The notes beneath the pieces are model-generated. The model did not search any database and had not been told where the DNA came from. It saw nothing but the letters and a program-made list of their open reading frames with translations. From positions 302,250,001-302,314,000 of the forward strand of contig OZ024743.1 in the NCBI GenBank assembly GCA_964016885.1: DNA of 64,000 bases, written 5' to 3'. Positions within the stretch are counted from its first letter, which is position 1. Every line of letters starts with the position of its first letter. Position numbers and translations under genes: made by a program. This DNA is from Eledone cirrhosa (taxonomy: Eukaryota). Positions 1 to 12,696 of this stretch are shown piece by piece.

Positions 1-73
1 TAGGAGCATAGACTACTGAAACGGCATACCGCTTATGGAAGCAACTTAGCTACCATTGGACATATATATATAT

Positions 74-180
<107 letters not shown>

Positions 181-451
181 TTTGTTCCGCGCAGATAATA
201 AACCATTTTCGAGAACACGTGTTCCACCTTGCGGATTTTATGTCGAGTTGAGTGCTCCCCAACTATGAATATAACATCCCACTGTTCTCCCACTATATAT
301 ATATATATATATATATAATTATTCTAAGGTTTTAACGTTTGCAAATCCAATTACGTGCATGCAAATCTTTGATTCCAGCACTCATATTACAATACACATG
401 AGAGCTTTTATTTCGTATGTAAATACATAGGTAATAAAATGTTATCCTTAC

Positions 452-525
452 CACAACTTGAAATTGAAATAGCAACCGAACTTACCTGTAAGAGAAGAGA
501 AATTATATAGAAGATTAGTTAGGGT
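452..525 (-). promoter_or_regulatory. Candidate recursive splice site (branch point, polypyrimidine tract, CAG|GTAAGT) with a downstream 5' splice site
   Basis: Minus strand reads ccctaactaatcttctatataatttctcttctcttacag|gtaagtt, with AG|GT at 486/485. A second donor, tg|gtaagg, lies at 452/451. Confidence 0.4.
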
Positions 526-952
526 AGAAGCCTTTGATAAAATTCTGATTTGTTATTTTAAATTAATAAATATATACATATATCAGAACGTATTATTACA
601 ATGTAAATTTTCCTTTAACATTGTTCTACTGTTGACTGCATCGTTAATGATTCACACATGCATATTAACATACATATATACATGTTTATATAAAGTTGAA
701 TGTAGAGGTATATATTCGCATAATAACCCATACCACATACAATATTGAAACATCTCCTCTCACATCGTCTTCTCTCATAAACTTAAATTTAGAATTTTGA
801 TAAAAACACAATGAACATTCATCGCCAACCCTTAGATTTATGCAACATGGCGAAGATGTGTTTTCATGACGAATACAAATGTCCATGCACCTCTTTTCAC
901 ATATGAAAATCATCAAATAAATCGGCTTAATTGGATCGCGAAATTTCCAGCT

Positions 953-1140
953 GTGGATTGGCAGCATTGGTACAGGTCGGACACCATGATTTGACGTGCG
1001 GTGTTACAGCCCTTGCCATTCTGAGTTCAAATCGCGCAGAGGTTAACTTAGCATTTCATCCTTACAGCGTCGATAAAATAAAGTACCAGTAATGCACTGA
1101 TAAATGGCTGGCCGTGTGTCAAAAGTAGAAACAATTATTA
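953..1140 (+). mobile_element. tRNA-derived SINE (Meta-domain type, cephalopod-like)
   Basis: B box gagttcaaatc, core gaggttaacttagcatttcatccttacagcgtcgataaaataaagtaccag, 3' end gtagaaacaattatta. Homologous to six other copies in the window. Confidence 0.8.
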
Positions 1141-2015
1141 CGTAGAAAAAATAATTATAAAATTGCAGGATTCTATTTTCAGTTTAATTTCGCCTTGACG
1201 AAAAGTTATTTCAGTCTCTTTCTCACTCATATCTTTAAAAAATTCCTACCCTTTTGTAAATATCTCGTAATCCTGAAAGCTAACCTATATACTGTTACTG
1301 AATTTGTGCACAAAATAACACCTCCTAAAATATTATCGAACATTAGTTTGACATTTTGAAACCCTTTTAACTTTACTATTTCACCTATAACACATGTGCA
1401 TATGATTTATTCTAGGCCAATCACTATGGCGTTTGAACGTGTCATATATGTGTTAATCCGAAATATCGACGATATATCATTAAATAATGCAATATTCTCT
1501 GACAATTACGCGTTCCATTCTACAGAAATTTTAATTCAAAATTATTGTACAATGCAGGAAACATTTTATTAAAGATTAAATGTAATCTGACACTAAATTT
1601 CGTATGTTACTCTCCATCAATTTGCTGATTCTGATGAAGGGGCATTTAAATATTATTAGTCCAGGGAGATTGCACAGCTGTAAAATATATGCTCAACGCA
1701 TTTTAGAAAGGTTATCGCCGATATTCTCCGTGTTTTCCGTCGGACACATTTATACAGCACGGTACGACAGAAATATATGCACTAATTACCTAGGTAACAT
1801 TATCTGTGGTACATTTTGTCTTTTCTTTTCACGTTCTTTCTTCCTCTTCTACACTTAACCACACCTGTGTTTCTTCAACCGATTTCGGTGAATTAAAATG
1901 TACAATTATAGCTATATATTAGAGCTTTCCAAATTATAGACAATTTTCCGATTCCACTATGCATTTGAAACAAAATAAACCGCTCAAACACATGGGAATA
2001 TATATATATATATAT

Positions 2016-2626
2016 GGTAAATTTCTTTAAGTCGTTTGGAAGCCTCGACAATACAAATGGGTAAATCTCCGGGTAACAAGGTCCGGTGGTGGAGAGAGAG
2101 ATGTAAGTGGGTGTACGTTGAGATGCGTGGCGTGTATAAGACGTGTAGAGGAATGAAGGAAAGAGCATAAGTGAAAAAATGAAAATAACAACACGAGAAA
2201 GAGTTACCTTGGGAGAGATTTAATTGTCCCTATATATTTCGGATTCAGAACCATCAACTGGGGTTTTTTTCCGGGGTGGGGCAAAGGTTGTCTGTGGGAA
2301 ATATTCAAAACAACGAACAGCGGAGGACGCGGAAAAAAAACCCAGTAAATGGATATGAATCCGACATATATATGGACAATTAAATCTCTCCCAAGGTAAC
2401 TCTCTCTCGTGTTGTTATTTTTATTTTTACGTTTATGCTCTTTCCTTCATTCCACTACACGTCTTATACACGCCACGCATCTCAACGTACACCCACTTAC
2501 ATGTCTCTCTCCACCACCGGATCTTGTTACCCGGAGATTTACCCATTTGAATTGTCGAGGCTTCCAAACGACTTAAAGAAATTTACCTTATTATTCCACA
2601 ATGCTGCAAGCAAACTTCAATACTCT

Positions 2627-2630
<4 letters not shown>
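2016..2630. repeat. Fold-back (inverted-repeat) element in (TA)n
   Basis: Arms 2016-2273 and 2330-2587 are reverse complements (ORFs 1893- and 2435+ give near-identical peptides), with a 56-bp spacer and a ~43-bp unpaired extension on the right. Confidence 0.85.
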
Positions 2631-2661
<31 letters not shown>

Positions 2662-2749
2662 GAGAGAGACGGTTTCTTTCGTACATGCCTAATTATTTTG
2701 TTATACATATCTCAAAGACGTAATGCATTTACATAAAACAGGCCCTTCT

Positions 2750-2895
2750 TTTTTCGCTCTACATGACTGAATACAATAAATGTGATGTGAGATTTTCGAA
2801 TATTAATAATAACATTCGATTCGTTTGCAATTATGCAAACAAGGCTCAATTGTATAGCCATGTCAGTAGAATGAACCCGTCATTCTTGCTCTTGT
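2750..2895 (+). repeat. Dispersed repeat fragment, second copy at ~24672-24810
   Basis: ttcgctctacatg(a/g)ctgaatacaataa...aataataacattcgattcgtttgcaattatgcaaac is present at both loci. Confidence 0.75.
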
Positions 2896-2964
2896 GTTGG
2901 CATGTGAACAGAACTGCAGATACTAAAGTTGCTGGGTATCACCCTTCATCAGTACGGCTCACTG

Positions 2965-3443
2965 TTCACATGCCTAACTGTCAGAGCTAGTGAAAATATA
3001 TGGTATTTTCAAAAAATACTCTTTGACACATCGGTCTATTTGCATATTAGCAAACTGGCTGATCAGTCAGATCTGCATATTAGCAGATCCACTGATCAGC
3101 CAGATTTGCATATCGGCAGACTGGCCAGTCAGTTTCCTGTATACGAGCGATAAATGGCCGCCTTTGCCAAATTCAAATAAAAAAAGAAAACTTTTTTACG
3201 CTCTACAAAAACTCAGATTCCATTTCTTGTAGAGCCATGTAGAGTGCAAAAAAAGTTTTCTTTTTCATTTGAATTTGGCAAAGCCGGCCAGCTGAAATGC
3301 AAATCTGGCTGATCAGTTGATCTGCTAATATGCAGATCGGACTGATCAGACATTCTGCTAATATGCAAATGAGGTCGATCAGTCACTGCGTATTTTTGAA
3401 AATACCATATATTTTCACTAGCTCTGACAGTTAGGCATGTGAA
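2965..3443. mobile_element. Palindromic MITE-like element with 33-bp subrepeats
   Basis: Terminus ttcacatgcctaactgtcagagctagtgaaaatatatggtattttcaaaaa has its exact reverse complement ending at 3443. Internal gcatattagcaga...ctgatcag units start at 3042, 3075 and 3108. Confidence 0.85.
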
Positions 3444-3459
3444 AAGTTTTCTTTTTTTT

Positions 3460-3500
<41 letters not shown>

Positions 3501-3509
3501 CGTTTCTGA

Positions 3510-5787
3510 TGAACAAACAGAGGCACAATTTAGTATAGCTAAATCCGAACTTAGAAATATTATAGAACAGTATAGCAAGAAGCATAATAGAATAGAGGCC
3601 CAGCAACTGGGAGAAGAATCTGCAAATGGCTTGCGTAAGCTCATGCAGCGCTCGCGTAATGGAGAGATAGCATGCTTTCCAACAGACAAGTCTGGCAGAA
3701 TGTCGGTTGACAGCCTGCCAAACTACATCCAGGCAATGCAACCCCACATCACTAACACAAGAGAGGTAACACCACAGGAGCATGGGGATAGAGAAAAAAC
3801 CCTCAATGCCCATATGGTGATGTGGACAAATATAATGCAGCCCAACAAAAGGACTGCCAACAACTTCCAGGCCTGGAACAATGACGTGCCGGCGTTGTAT
3901 GGGCTTCGTAAAGACCATAAAACGGGCTGGGACCCTGTCGCGGGACAACCAACACGGCCAGTCTGTGGGGCTAACATTGCTAGTAACTACAGACTGTCCT
4001 ACTTCCTCTCCCTGATCATACGCCCCATCATTGAGATGTCCCCAGATGTGTGTGACAGCACGGAGGACCTCCTCAGCAGAATCGGCGCGGGTAACCGATC
4101 TGGGGACCTAACAAACTGCATAATAGGCAGTATGGATGTTGTGTCCCTGTATCCATCTATTGACGTGGATTTTGCTGTAGAGAAATGCGTCGAAATGATC
4201 AGCGAGAGCAAGGTTGAGTTCCGTGGGATTGATACCAGTGAGCTGGGACTTCTACTTAAGCTTACCCATAGTAATAGTTACCTAGACACTTATGACCTTA
4301 GCAACCTGTGCCCTACAAGACCAGCAAGAGGCAGACCACCTACCATTACCTCAATGGCCAAGAAAACCCACACAGATAGATGGAACGGGTGGACCAGAGC
4401 CATACGGACACCCGAAAACCACGATGAACTGAAGAAAATGATTGCACATGCGGTAGGGGCCAGCATAAAACTAACCCTTAAGGAACATATGTTCAAATTT
4501 AATGGTAAAACATATGCCCAAGAGGAAGGAGCAGCCATTGGTGTTAGCATTGCAGGCGACATAGCTAACTTATTCATGGTATGGTGGGACAGTAGACTTA
4601 AACAAAAACTTAATGAACAATTAGAAGACAGCTTAACCCTGATAATGTACTCCCGCTACGTAGATGATATAAACATCGTAGTTAAGACACCCCCACTAAA
4701 GAACAGTCAGGAACTAGAGAAAAACACAATGGAAAGCATCCAGCAAATAGCAAACTCCATCCACCAGAGCATTAGAGTTACTATAGACTACCCAAGTAGA
4801 CACCCCAAGCATCGATTACCTGTACTAGACACAGAGTTCTGGTTAGATACTATTAACAACCAAAAACAAATCCTCCATTCCCATTATGCCAAACCCATGA
4901 CTTCCAAACATCTGATCCACCGAAACTCGGCCATTTCGGACCATACCAAAATCAACATACTGATTGCGGATTTGGTACGGGTGATGAGAAACGTGTCCCG
5001 CATGTGCAACCCCGATGAACTAGAGATACACATACAACACTTCATCCACCGTATGCAGTTCTCTGGCTACAATCAGAGAGATAGAATCAGAGTGTATAAA
5101 GGAGCCAGAACCAAATGGGAAAAAATGGTAAATAATGACATAAATGGGACCTGCCCCTTTTATAGGAGCAAATTTTGGAATAGAATAGAAAGAACTAAGA
5201 ACAAGGCCAATAGAATAAACTCATGGTATGATAGCAATAAATACCAGAGTGTAATGTTCATCAATACAACCCCTAGAGGCGAACTAGCCTACAAATTTAG
5301 AAGGGCCCTAAAGAAACATAATCTCAATATTAAGATAGTAGAAAGACCTGGTACCTCCGTAAAAACACTTATTAGCAAGACATACCCGTTCCAAAGACCC
5401 TCATGTATAGATAAGAAATGTATAACCTGTAAAATAAGCCCCCATATTAACTGTAAAACTAGAAATGTAGTATATAGCATAAGATGTACTGAAGGACAAT
5501 GTAGAAACAAAAATGTAGTGTACATAGGTGAGACAGCTCGTAGTATAGGGGAACGAATAAATGAACACTGGCGAGACCTCCAAGATAGTAAAGAATCATC
5601 TGTGCTCTACCAACATGCTAAGATAGAACACAGGGGTAAATTAGAGAGCATAGAAATAAAAATAGAATCCACACACAAGAAAGACGCAATGTTTAGGCAA
5701 ATTACAGAGGCAGTAAGCATAAAAGAATTAAAACCAAAATTAAATAGAAAATATGAGTGGAACAGCAACATCACAACTTACAATTAA
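3510..5787 (+). CDS. PLE polyprotein (N-truncated): reverse transcriptase, Cys-rich linker, GIY-YIG endonuclease
   Basis: Uninterrupted ~760 codons with TDKSG, LYGLRKDHK, RPV, SMDVVSLYPSI, QEEGAAIG, YSRYVDD, CIDKKCITC and VVYSIRC...VYIGETARSIGERINEH. The called start at 3439 is microsatellite read-through. Confidence 0.93.
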
Positions 5788-6088
5788 GGACAAAATGAAA
5801 ACACACACATAGAACAAACAACTTACAATTGAAAACACACACAAAATGAAAACACACACAAGACAAAATGAAAACACACACACACATAGAACAAACAACC
5901 AACCAACAATAAATAAATAAATAAACAAACAAATAGAAAAATATAAATAGAAAAATAGAAAAATGAATACAAACACACACAGACACCCGGATGTGGCGCA
6001 TGCGCAAACTGAGCACGCAACCCACACACAAACAAAATGACGTAGGATAGAAGAAAGGAAAGACACAGAAACGAAGAACGAAATCCCC

Positions 6089-6133
6089 AGTCACTGAAGA
6101 GGTCACAGAGTGTGTGACGAAAGAACTATGACT
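6089..6133 (+). ncRNA. Minimal type I hammerhead ribozyme in PLE family A pLTR
   Basis: agtca-CTGAAGA-g-gtcaca(gagtg)tgtgac-GAAA-gaac-TA-tgact: 5-bp stem I, 6-bp stem II, minimal stem III. Confidence 0.75.
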
Positions 6134-6284
6134 ATATATATATAAACAACTATCTGGTTGTGGAACCAACCAACCAACCAGAAATTTATAAATTTGTAAA
6201 TTTATAAATATTTAATAAATTAAATTGAAGTGAAAGCAACTGGTGCGTGTGTTTCTTGTTGGCAACATGACCCTCCCAAAGTAT

Positions 6285-6319
<35 letters not shown>

Positions 6320-8801
6320 TATATGCATACTCATTACTAGTTTTTATGTCATGCAAATACAAATTGATTTGATTTTGCTAAATGTGTCCGTGTGTTGTTT
6401 TTATGTAATCTTACTGTGTGCAATGATAGATAGTTGGTTTAAGTACATAGGTGGAAGTATATCATCCACTTCCTTGAATCTGCGATAGCGTAAGTTTTAT
6501 TATGTCAACGTACGAAGAGAAGTGATAACGTTGCCAGCACCCTCTACAGTATCGGATTCATGTAGAATCTGCTTCACTTTACTCTACATACACGCAGTCA
6601 TAATCTATAAAAAATATATATAAATTAACTTTTCTGTTGCCTTTAATTGATGCATATAATGTATATGCAGAAACGATTTTGCTTTGCCTACGCAAATTTA
6701 TTTATACTTGATCTGCTTCAGACAACAGTACAACATATTAGTGTTTTGTTCTTAACATTGTTGACTGGTATGATTTTGTTTCTTATAGTGTTATGTGATG
6801 ATGATAATATCCAGTATCTCCCTTTAATGCATTATAATATTACGCTGTATGTATTCTCGGTTAAACCTTTATTATTCAATTGTTATGATTTCTAATTATT
6901 TTTCATAGTTTCTCACTGCCATTAGGAGAAGATTCACTTCTATTATTTCTTTGACATTAATAGTAATCGTATGTAACCCACCACAAATTAAAGTTAAGCA
7001 AATAAACAATGCAATGTCTAAAGTGCTATGCAGCGTGGCATTTAGCTCCAAATCTCAAATATTTTCCCTACACAAATGTAATAGCCACATATTTGATTTA
7101 CTTCATTGATGCTAAACATAGTCAATTCCCAGTATACTTAGAAAATGATGCAATACTCTAAGCTGGATTTTTTATTTTTATGCTATATAAACACTAGATG
7201 GAATGTAATTAACAAATAGTCAACAAAGTGTTGAACTATCTACATTTCATATATGTATATGCTAGTTAATTATATGTATTAGAATATATTTAGGTTATGT
7301 GTCTCTAATGTACGTATGCGTGTGCTAAGCATATATTACCACCGTGATCCTGTAAAGTATTTATTTGGTAATTAGCTATATATGATTTACCAAGCTCAAT
7401 GTGATAATTAGAATTTATATATTTAACCACAATGACATGCGCACGATGGACTTGTCAGTGGTTAGGACTCCGCACTGATTATAGATTCTAATTGGTTAAG
7501 GTATTGAGATATATATTTTCCATATTACCTTTTTATAGGCCTGAGCGTTTGGCTGGGCAATTTCTTCATAACATCTCCCGCATTAAATTTCAAACTCACT
7601 GACATGTGCCAACGTTAATGGCCATAAATTGTAGATGTACAATTACATGTGAATAAAATATTTCAATGGCAATTGTTTCCTTGCTAAACTATGCAGTTCA
7701 AAAAGCGAAGTAGAGTGTAGGGAACCTAATTCCTAAACCCGTTACAGGCAGAGACCTGGCTTAACATATGAAACTGATAAATCTATAAGTGAATAAATAA
7801 CTGAACAATTAACGTAAATGTACAGTGCTTTTTGGAAGAAAGTTTAGATTATACTCTGTCGTTAATGAGGACTACCTAATCCATTATCATAACCTTAATG
7901 ACTGGAAATATTACAGTTTCTACTTAGATATTTGAGCGGTGATTTGATGAAACAACAATGCCTTTTATTAAAGTTTATAAACAATACTTAACTGAGATGT
8001 ATATTTACTAAGTATATTGCATTAAACACAGTTTTTCTTACAGCATTTTGTCATGATAAATATATTTGAGAAACAAATATTAAAAAACCGCCGTATTCAT
8101 CATTTCAAATCAAATGATACATACAAAGGGAATAATATAAATACAAAAGACACAAGCGCGCACTTACTTGTATACTAAATGGTATACATACTTTCCTACG
8201 ATTGAAGAATGTATTTGAATTTCAAATTTCATTTCCGCTGTTTCTTATATAGAATGAAAGGACTGGTTCTATGCTACAATTGCTTGATAATGTTACAACA
8301 TATCTCTTGTCGTCTGCGAAAGTTCCTACATGGTGAGTGATGAGATACGAATATCTGCATATGCTGCATTTATACATCTATAATATCACAAAGTATATAT
8401 TTGTTCCTGGCCTAATGCAATAGTACATGGTCATATAGGAAATGTTTAGAATATAAAAGTAACATTTGTATTTAAAAAGTACGTGATTTATAGATACCGG
8501 AAGGATGCAGCAGAATGCATCAACAGCAGATATGAATAAAAACCAGCCATGATATTTTGTCATGTAACGTAACGATTAATATATATTTATATATATATGT
8601 GTGTGGGTGTGGGTGTTAGTGGTTTTGTGTGTGTGTGTAAGAGAGAGAGTGGTTGTGTGTGTGCTTGGGTGCTTGTGTGTGTGTGTGTGTCGGGTCACGA
8701 AGGCTGAGCTCTTGCCGATTCGACATAAAATTCCAGACTATACTATGTAACGGGTACTCGGCTGAATAATGGTTTAACTAGTTCAAAACTGCCACACATC
8801 C

Positions 8802-8853
<52 letters not shown>

Positions 8854-9037
8854 GTGTATGTATATATATATGAGTTAGGATTGGTGCTCTAATATAGCGA
8901 TGTTTACATGAATGAATGTATAGTATATTTGGCAATATAACCGTATATTTAATTTAAAACATTTAGAAGACAATACACTATCAGTTTTTAAGGGTGAATA
9001 TGTCGCTTATTTATTTTCGGCGAAAGAAGGGAGAGAA

Positions 9038-9077
9038 GCTAACAGTCTCTTTCACGCTGGGTGGCGTTCATCAGAAC
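9038..9077 (-). ncRNA. Hammerhead motif, family R2 (stem III partly decayed)
   Basis: Minus strand gtt-CTGATGA-acgc(caccca)gcgt-GAAA-gagactg-TT-agc. Confidence 0.6.
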
Positions 9078-9290
9078 CAAGCACTCCCCTGCTTCCGCCG
9101 ATAATTATAGAAGCTGGATTCTTATAGAATTCCAGTAATAACCAGCAGCTGTTTTTAATTAAACATACCAATCCTAATTCATAATTTTTACTGGATCGGC
9201 AATGACTCTGTATAATCTGCTCCTGATTATTACTGGAGTTATATAAGACTCCAGCTTCTATAATTTTCGGCGGAAGCAGGGGAGTGCATA

Positions 9291-9330
9291 GTTCTGATGA
9301 ACGCCAACCAGGGTGAAACAGACTGTCAAC
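9291..9330 (+). ncRNA. Hammerhead motif, family R2
   Basis: gtt-CTGATGA-acgc(caacca)gggt-GAAA-cagactg-TC-aac with a GUC cleavage triplet. Enclosed by the stem ttttcggcg(9264)/cgccgaaaa(9354). Confidence 0.72.
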
Positions 9331-11876
9331 CCCTCTCCCTTCTGTCGCCGAAAATAAGTAAGTTAATCCAGATTCTCGTGGATTAGAATTTCATTGAAAT
9401 GACCACTGAATGCACTTTATGGAAATATTAACCGAGAATACCTGCTTCGAGTTCCCAGCATTATGTATCCAACAGCTGAAGAATACCCTACAGTCATACC
9501 AATGAGGAACACTTACGCCTCCTAGAGATACTATCCCTCGTAATGTGCTGTAACAAGCTACGTAGTTAAAAAGGAAATCTTGAAAGCAACCTTCATTAGT
9601 TAGTCTAATCAATTCTTGAAAGGGACGCCTGGAGGGAGCGGTAAAATAATTATGAATGCAGACATGTTCACTAATGATTAACTGCAGAGTGATGGAACGT
9701 GAGTGAAAGAGAGAAAGAAAAAGACAGAAAGAAAAATGTATGAAATCAATAAAATATGAATGAGATAAAGAAAGAAGTAAAAAGAGGTAAAAATGTGATA
9801 TAGGAATGTGATTCATTCGGGTATATATTTTATCGATACCAATATGATGAAATCTAAAGTTGTAACTATGCCTTCATATAGAAAGGTAGTTAAAACTAGA
9901 TACAAATTCTAATAGAAATAATCATGAGATGCAATCACAAATATATATACTACTGAAATTTCAAAGTATCCATTAAGTTTGTTGTGAATCCTACGCATAA
10001 AGATCCTCAAATAACGTGTTTTGGGGGGTGGGGAGTGAAGTGAGCTCTCCGAAGACTGATATAAAATATTATATTGATTTTTTTAGATATAAATTTGACT
10101 ATACAATGGTATCACGTTTCTAAACATATTTGATGATTTTAGATATCTATTAACAATCATTGAATGTCATTAATATTATTCTAATTCACTCTCACAAAAA
10201 ACCTGCGACACAGAACATAATTATTATTATTAATTTTTATTTTTGCATACATTTAAATATATGATAAATCTTTATATATCCGAATGGCTAAAACTCATCA
10301 CATGTGCAACCAGGAACCATGACCAATAGGCGGCAATAGGCTAATAAGTTAAAATGAATAACATGATGAGTAATGTTATGTTTATGAAGAAAACATACTA
10401 AGAATATTAAATATGGAAACTTGTCAACTCCCTTTTCAAATCATAGAAACGCTTTGTGGTATTTCCTCTCTTCTACAAGATAGACTAGCCTGATGCGCCC
10501 CTACATTTTTCCTGGCGTGAAGAGAATATCAGTAACATCTCAGATTCATATTGTGCAAGCGCGCGTGCTAAAACAACAAAGACGCTCTCATTTGGGGCAA
10601 TAACGAAAGTCCCCATATTATACGTTTACAGTTGTTGTGTAAAATCCAAGTACTCGAGGCATCTTAATGGTAGGGATACGAGGAAACAATTTGTATGGTA
10701 AATGTTATGATAGACTGTGTCATAAATGTGCGTGACATAATTGTAAGGATGTTTGTCTCAAAATTGCAAATTTCAATTTCCGAAGGAAGGTTATTCCTTT
10801 CGAAATATATTTTACTTCACGTAACTTCAATACACTGAGGTGGGAAATGACCTGTGCTTGTAATTCAAAGGAACAACCTGGTTACACACAGTCCTATTGA
10901 ATCTCATTGAACAATTTGTTCATGTTACTCCTGCCTATGGAATACTCTGTTTCTTGCATGTAATTTCATGAGCAGGTTGTTCCAGTCATCACACAAATGA
11001 AGCATAGTAGTAGTATTAGTAGTAATACTACTACTACTACTAGAAGTAGTAGTCGTAGTATTGATGGTGGTGATCGTGGTGATCGTGGTGATCGTGGACA
11101 AGGTAAGTGCATGTAGTAGCGGTATATAAAATCTAATGATATCATCGGCACAGTATTTTTATTTCATGGAATCCTGAGAGAAAAGAAATATTGTTCTGAA
11201 ACAAAGGAGTCATATTTAGTCTACTACATTACGTGTAACTAAGAATCTAAGTTTCTACCGATACTCATTTTCTTCTTCTAACATCATGATAGTATTACTT
11301 GTAGTATTGAATTCAGTGTTTGTATTTATTGATAGAGAGTAGTCGTTTATTACAAAGTTTCTGCTTTTTTTTTTATATATCTGTATTCTTTCTTTTTCTC
11401 TATTGTTTCTTTTTTGTTTTTTTTTTATTTTTTTCATTTCGTGTCTGTTTCTTATAATCTCCCAGCATTGAATTTTTATCCTACATTGATTTATTGAAGT
11501 ATGTAGGAGCATTATTGCAAGGAAAAAAATGAAAAAATAAAATGATAACTAATACCTACGCTTGGACTAGAAGCAACACCATACAAGCAGAGAATATTAG
11601 CAGAAGCAACACTAAAACACTAACATCAAAACGCGTCAAACCTAACATATCACAAATCTTCATCAGGTTTTCGCTTGAATGATTCGCATATTTTATACTT
11701 CGACTTACTTTACGGATATGTTTTCAGCCTAACATCGAAACGTATTTCAGTACATTTTATGTTGTTTCACTTTATATCTTTTCTTGCAACATGATTTCTA
11801 ACTTTTATTGTTTTATCGATCTTGGTTTCTCCATCTAAGTTCCCCCCCATTAACTCTCCTCCTCCAGCCTATCTTT

Positions 11877-11941
<65 letters not shown>

Positions 11942-12696
11942 CGGTATTCAATCATATATTTTCATTTTATAGTAGTAACCGTTGTTACAATCATTAATAT
12001 GTCGATATTTCAACAAGTAGATGGATATGTCCTCATCTGACATCAGCATTTTTATGTTTTCATAGATGGTACGGCCTTATCAGAGTCAACAGCCATTGAC
12101 CTACATAAAGAACCGTACACTTGAATTAATGAAGTCATACACGCAGCTATAGTCAGTGTAGTGTAGAATGAACGGTGAACCTCGAACAATTAATTCTTTG
12201 AGTTCAAAATAGGAATATATATATGACGGCACCAAACAGAGAGATCAGGGTTTGTTCTATATTTTGGCACGAGATTCCAAAATATTTTGGTAATTATTCC
12301 TCAAATTATGACTTTCAAGTTGACGCACTTTGACGTCCTTCTGAAATGCGGGGAAATGTCTGTGGGCGTGTGTATGTGAGTGTTTCCTTTATATTTATAT
12401 ATATCCATCACACACAAACTCTCGAACTATAAAATATCACTACACTTTCTCACGGACGTCACATAAAATTATAGTTGTAATCGTTAAGGCTTAATTGATA
12501 TTAATTTATGTTTTGTCTTGTTTCATTCTTCACTGGATAGCAAGTTGGCTTGTGCCAGATGCTGTTACGCTGGGTTGACCAAAGGCCATTTCAACGGTCG
12601 ATGAGCGTGGATTTCTGTGTATTTCACTTGTAATTTTATTTTGTATCCCATCTCTTTGTTAATTTTCTTAAGATTATTATTGTTATTACTATTATT

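Larger units (their letters stand above)
3498..6290 (+). mobile_element. 5'-truncated Penelope-like retroelement (family A)
   Basis: RT plus GIY-YIG ORF, then a 3' UTR/pLTR with an HHR. Flanked by (TA)n on both sides. The 3' region matches 59928-60298. Confidence 0.92.
8868..9365. mobile_element. HHR-bearing non-coding repeat (family R2), inverted pair
   Basis: 9007-9150 is the reverse complement of ~9220-9362. Homologous to 38150-38400 and 62085-62612. Confidence 0.8.

Noticed and set aside
2899-2975. Hairpin with CTGATGA-agggt(gat)accc on the minus strand
   Set aside because: No GAAA follows stem II, so it is at best a dead HHR relic.
11628-11672. Minus-strand CTGATGA...gacgcgtt, HHR-like
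   Set aside because: GAAA is missing and stem II is mostly G-U, too degenerate to call.
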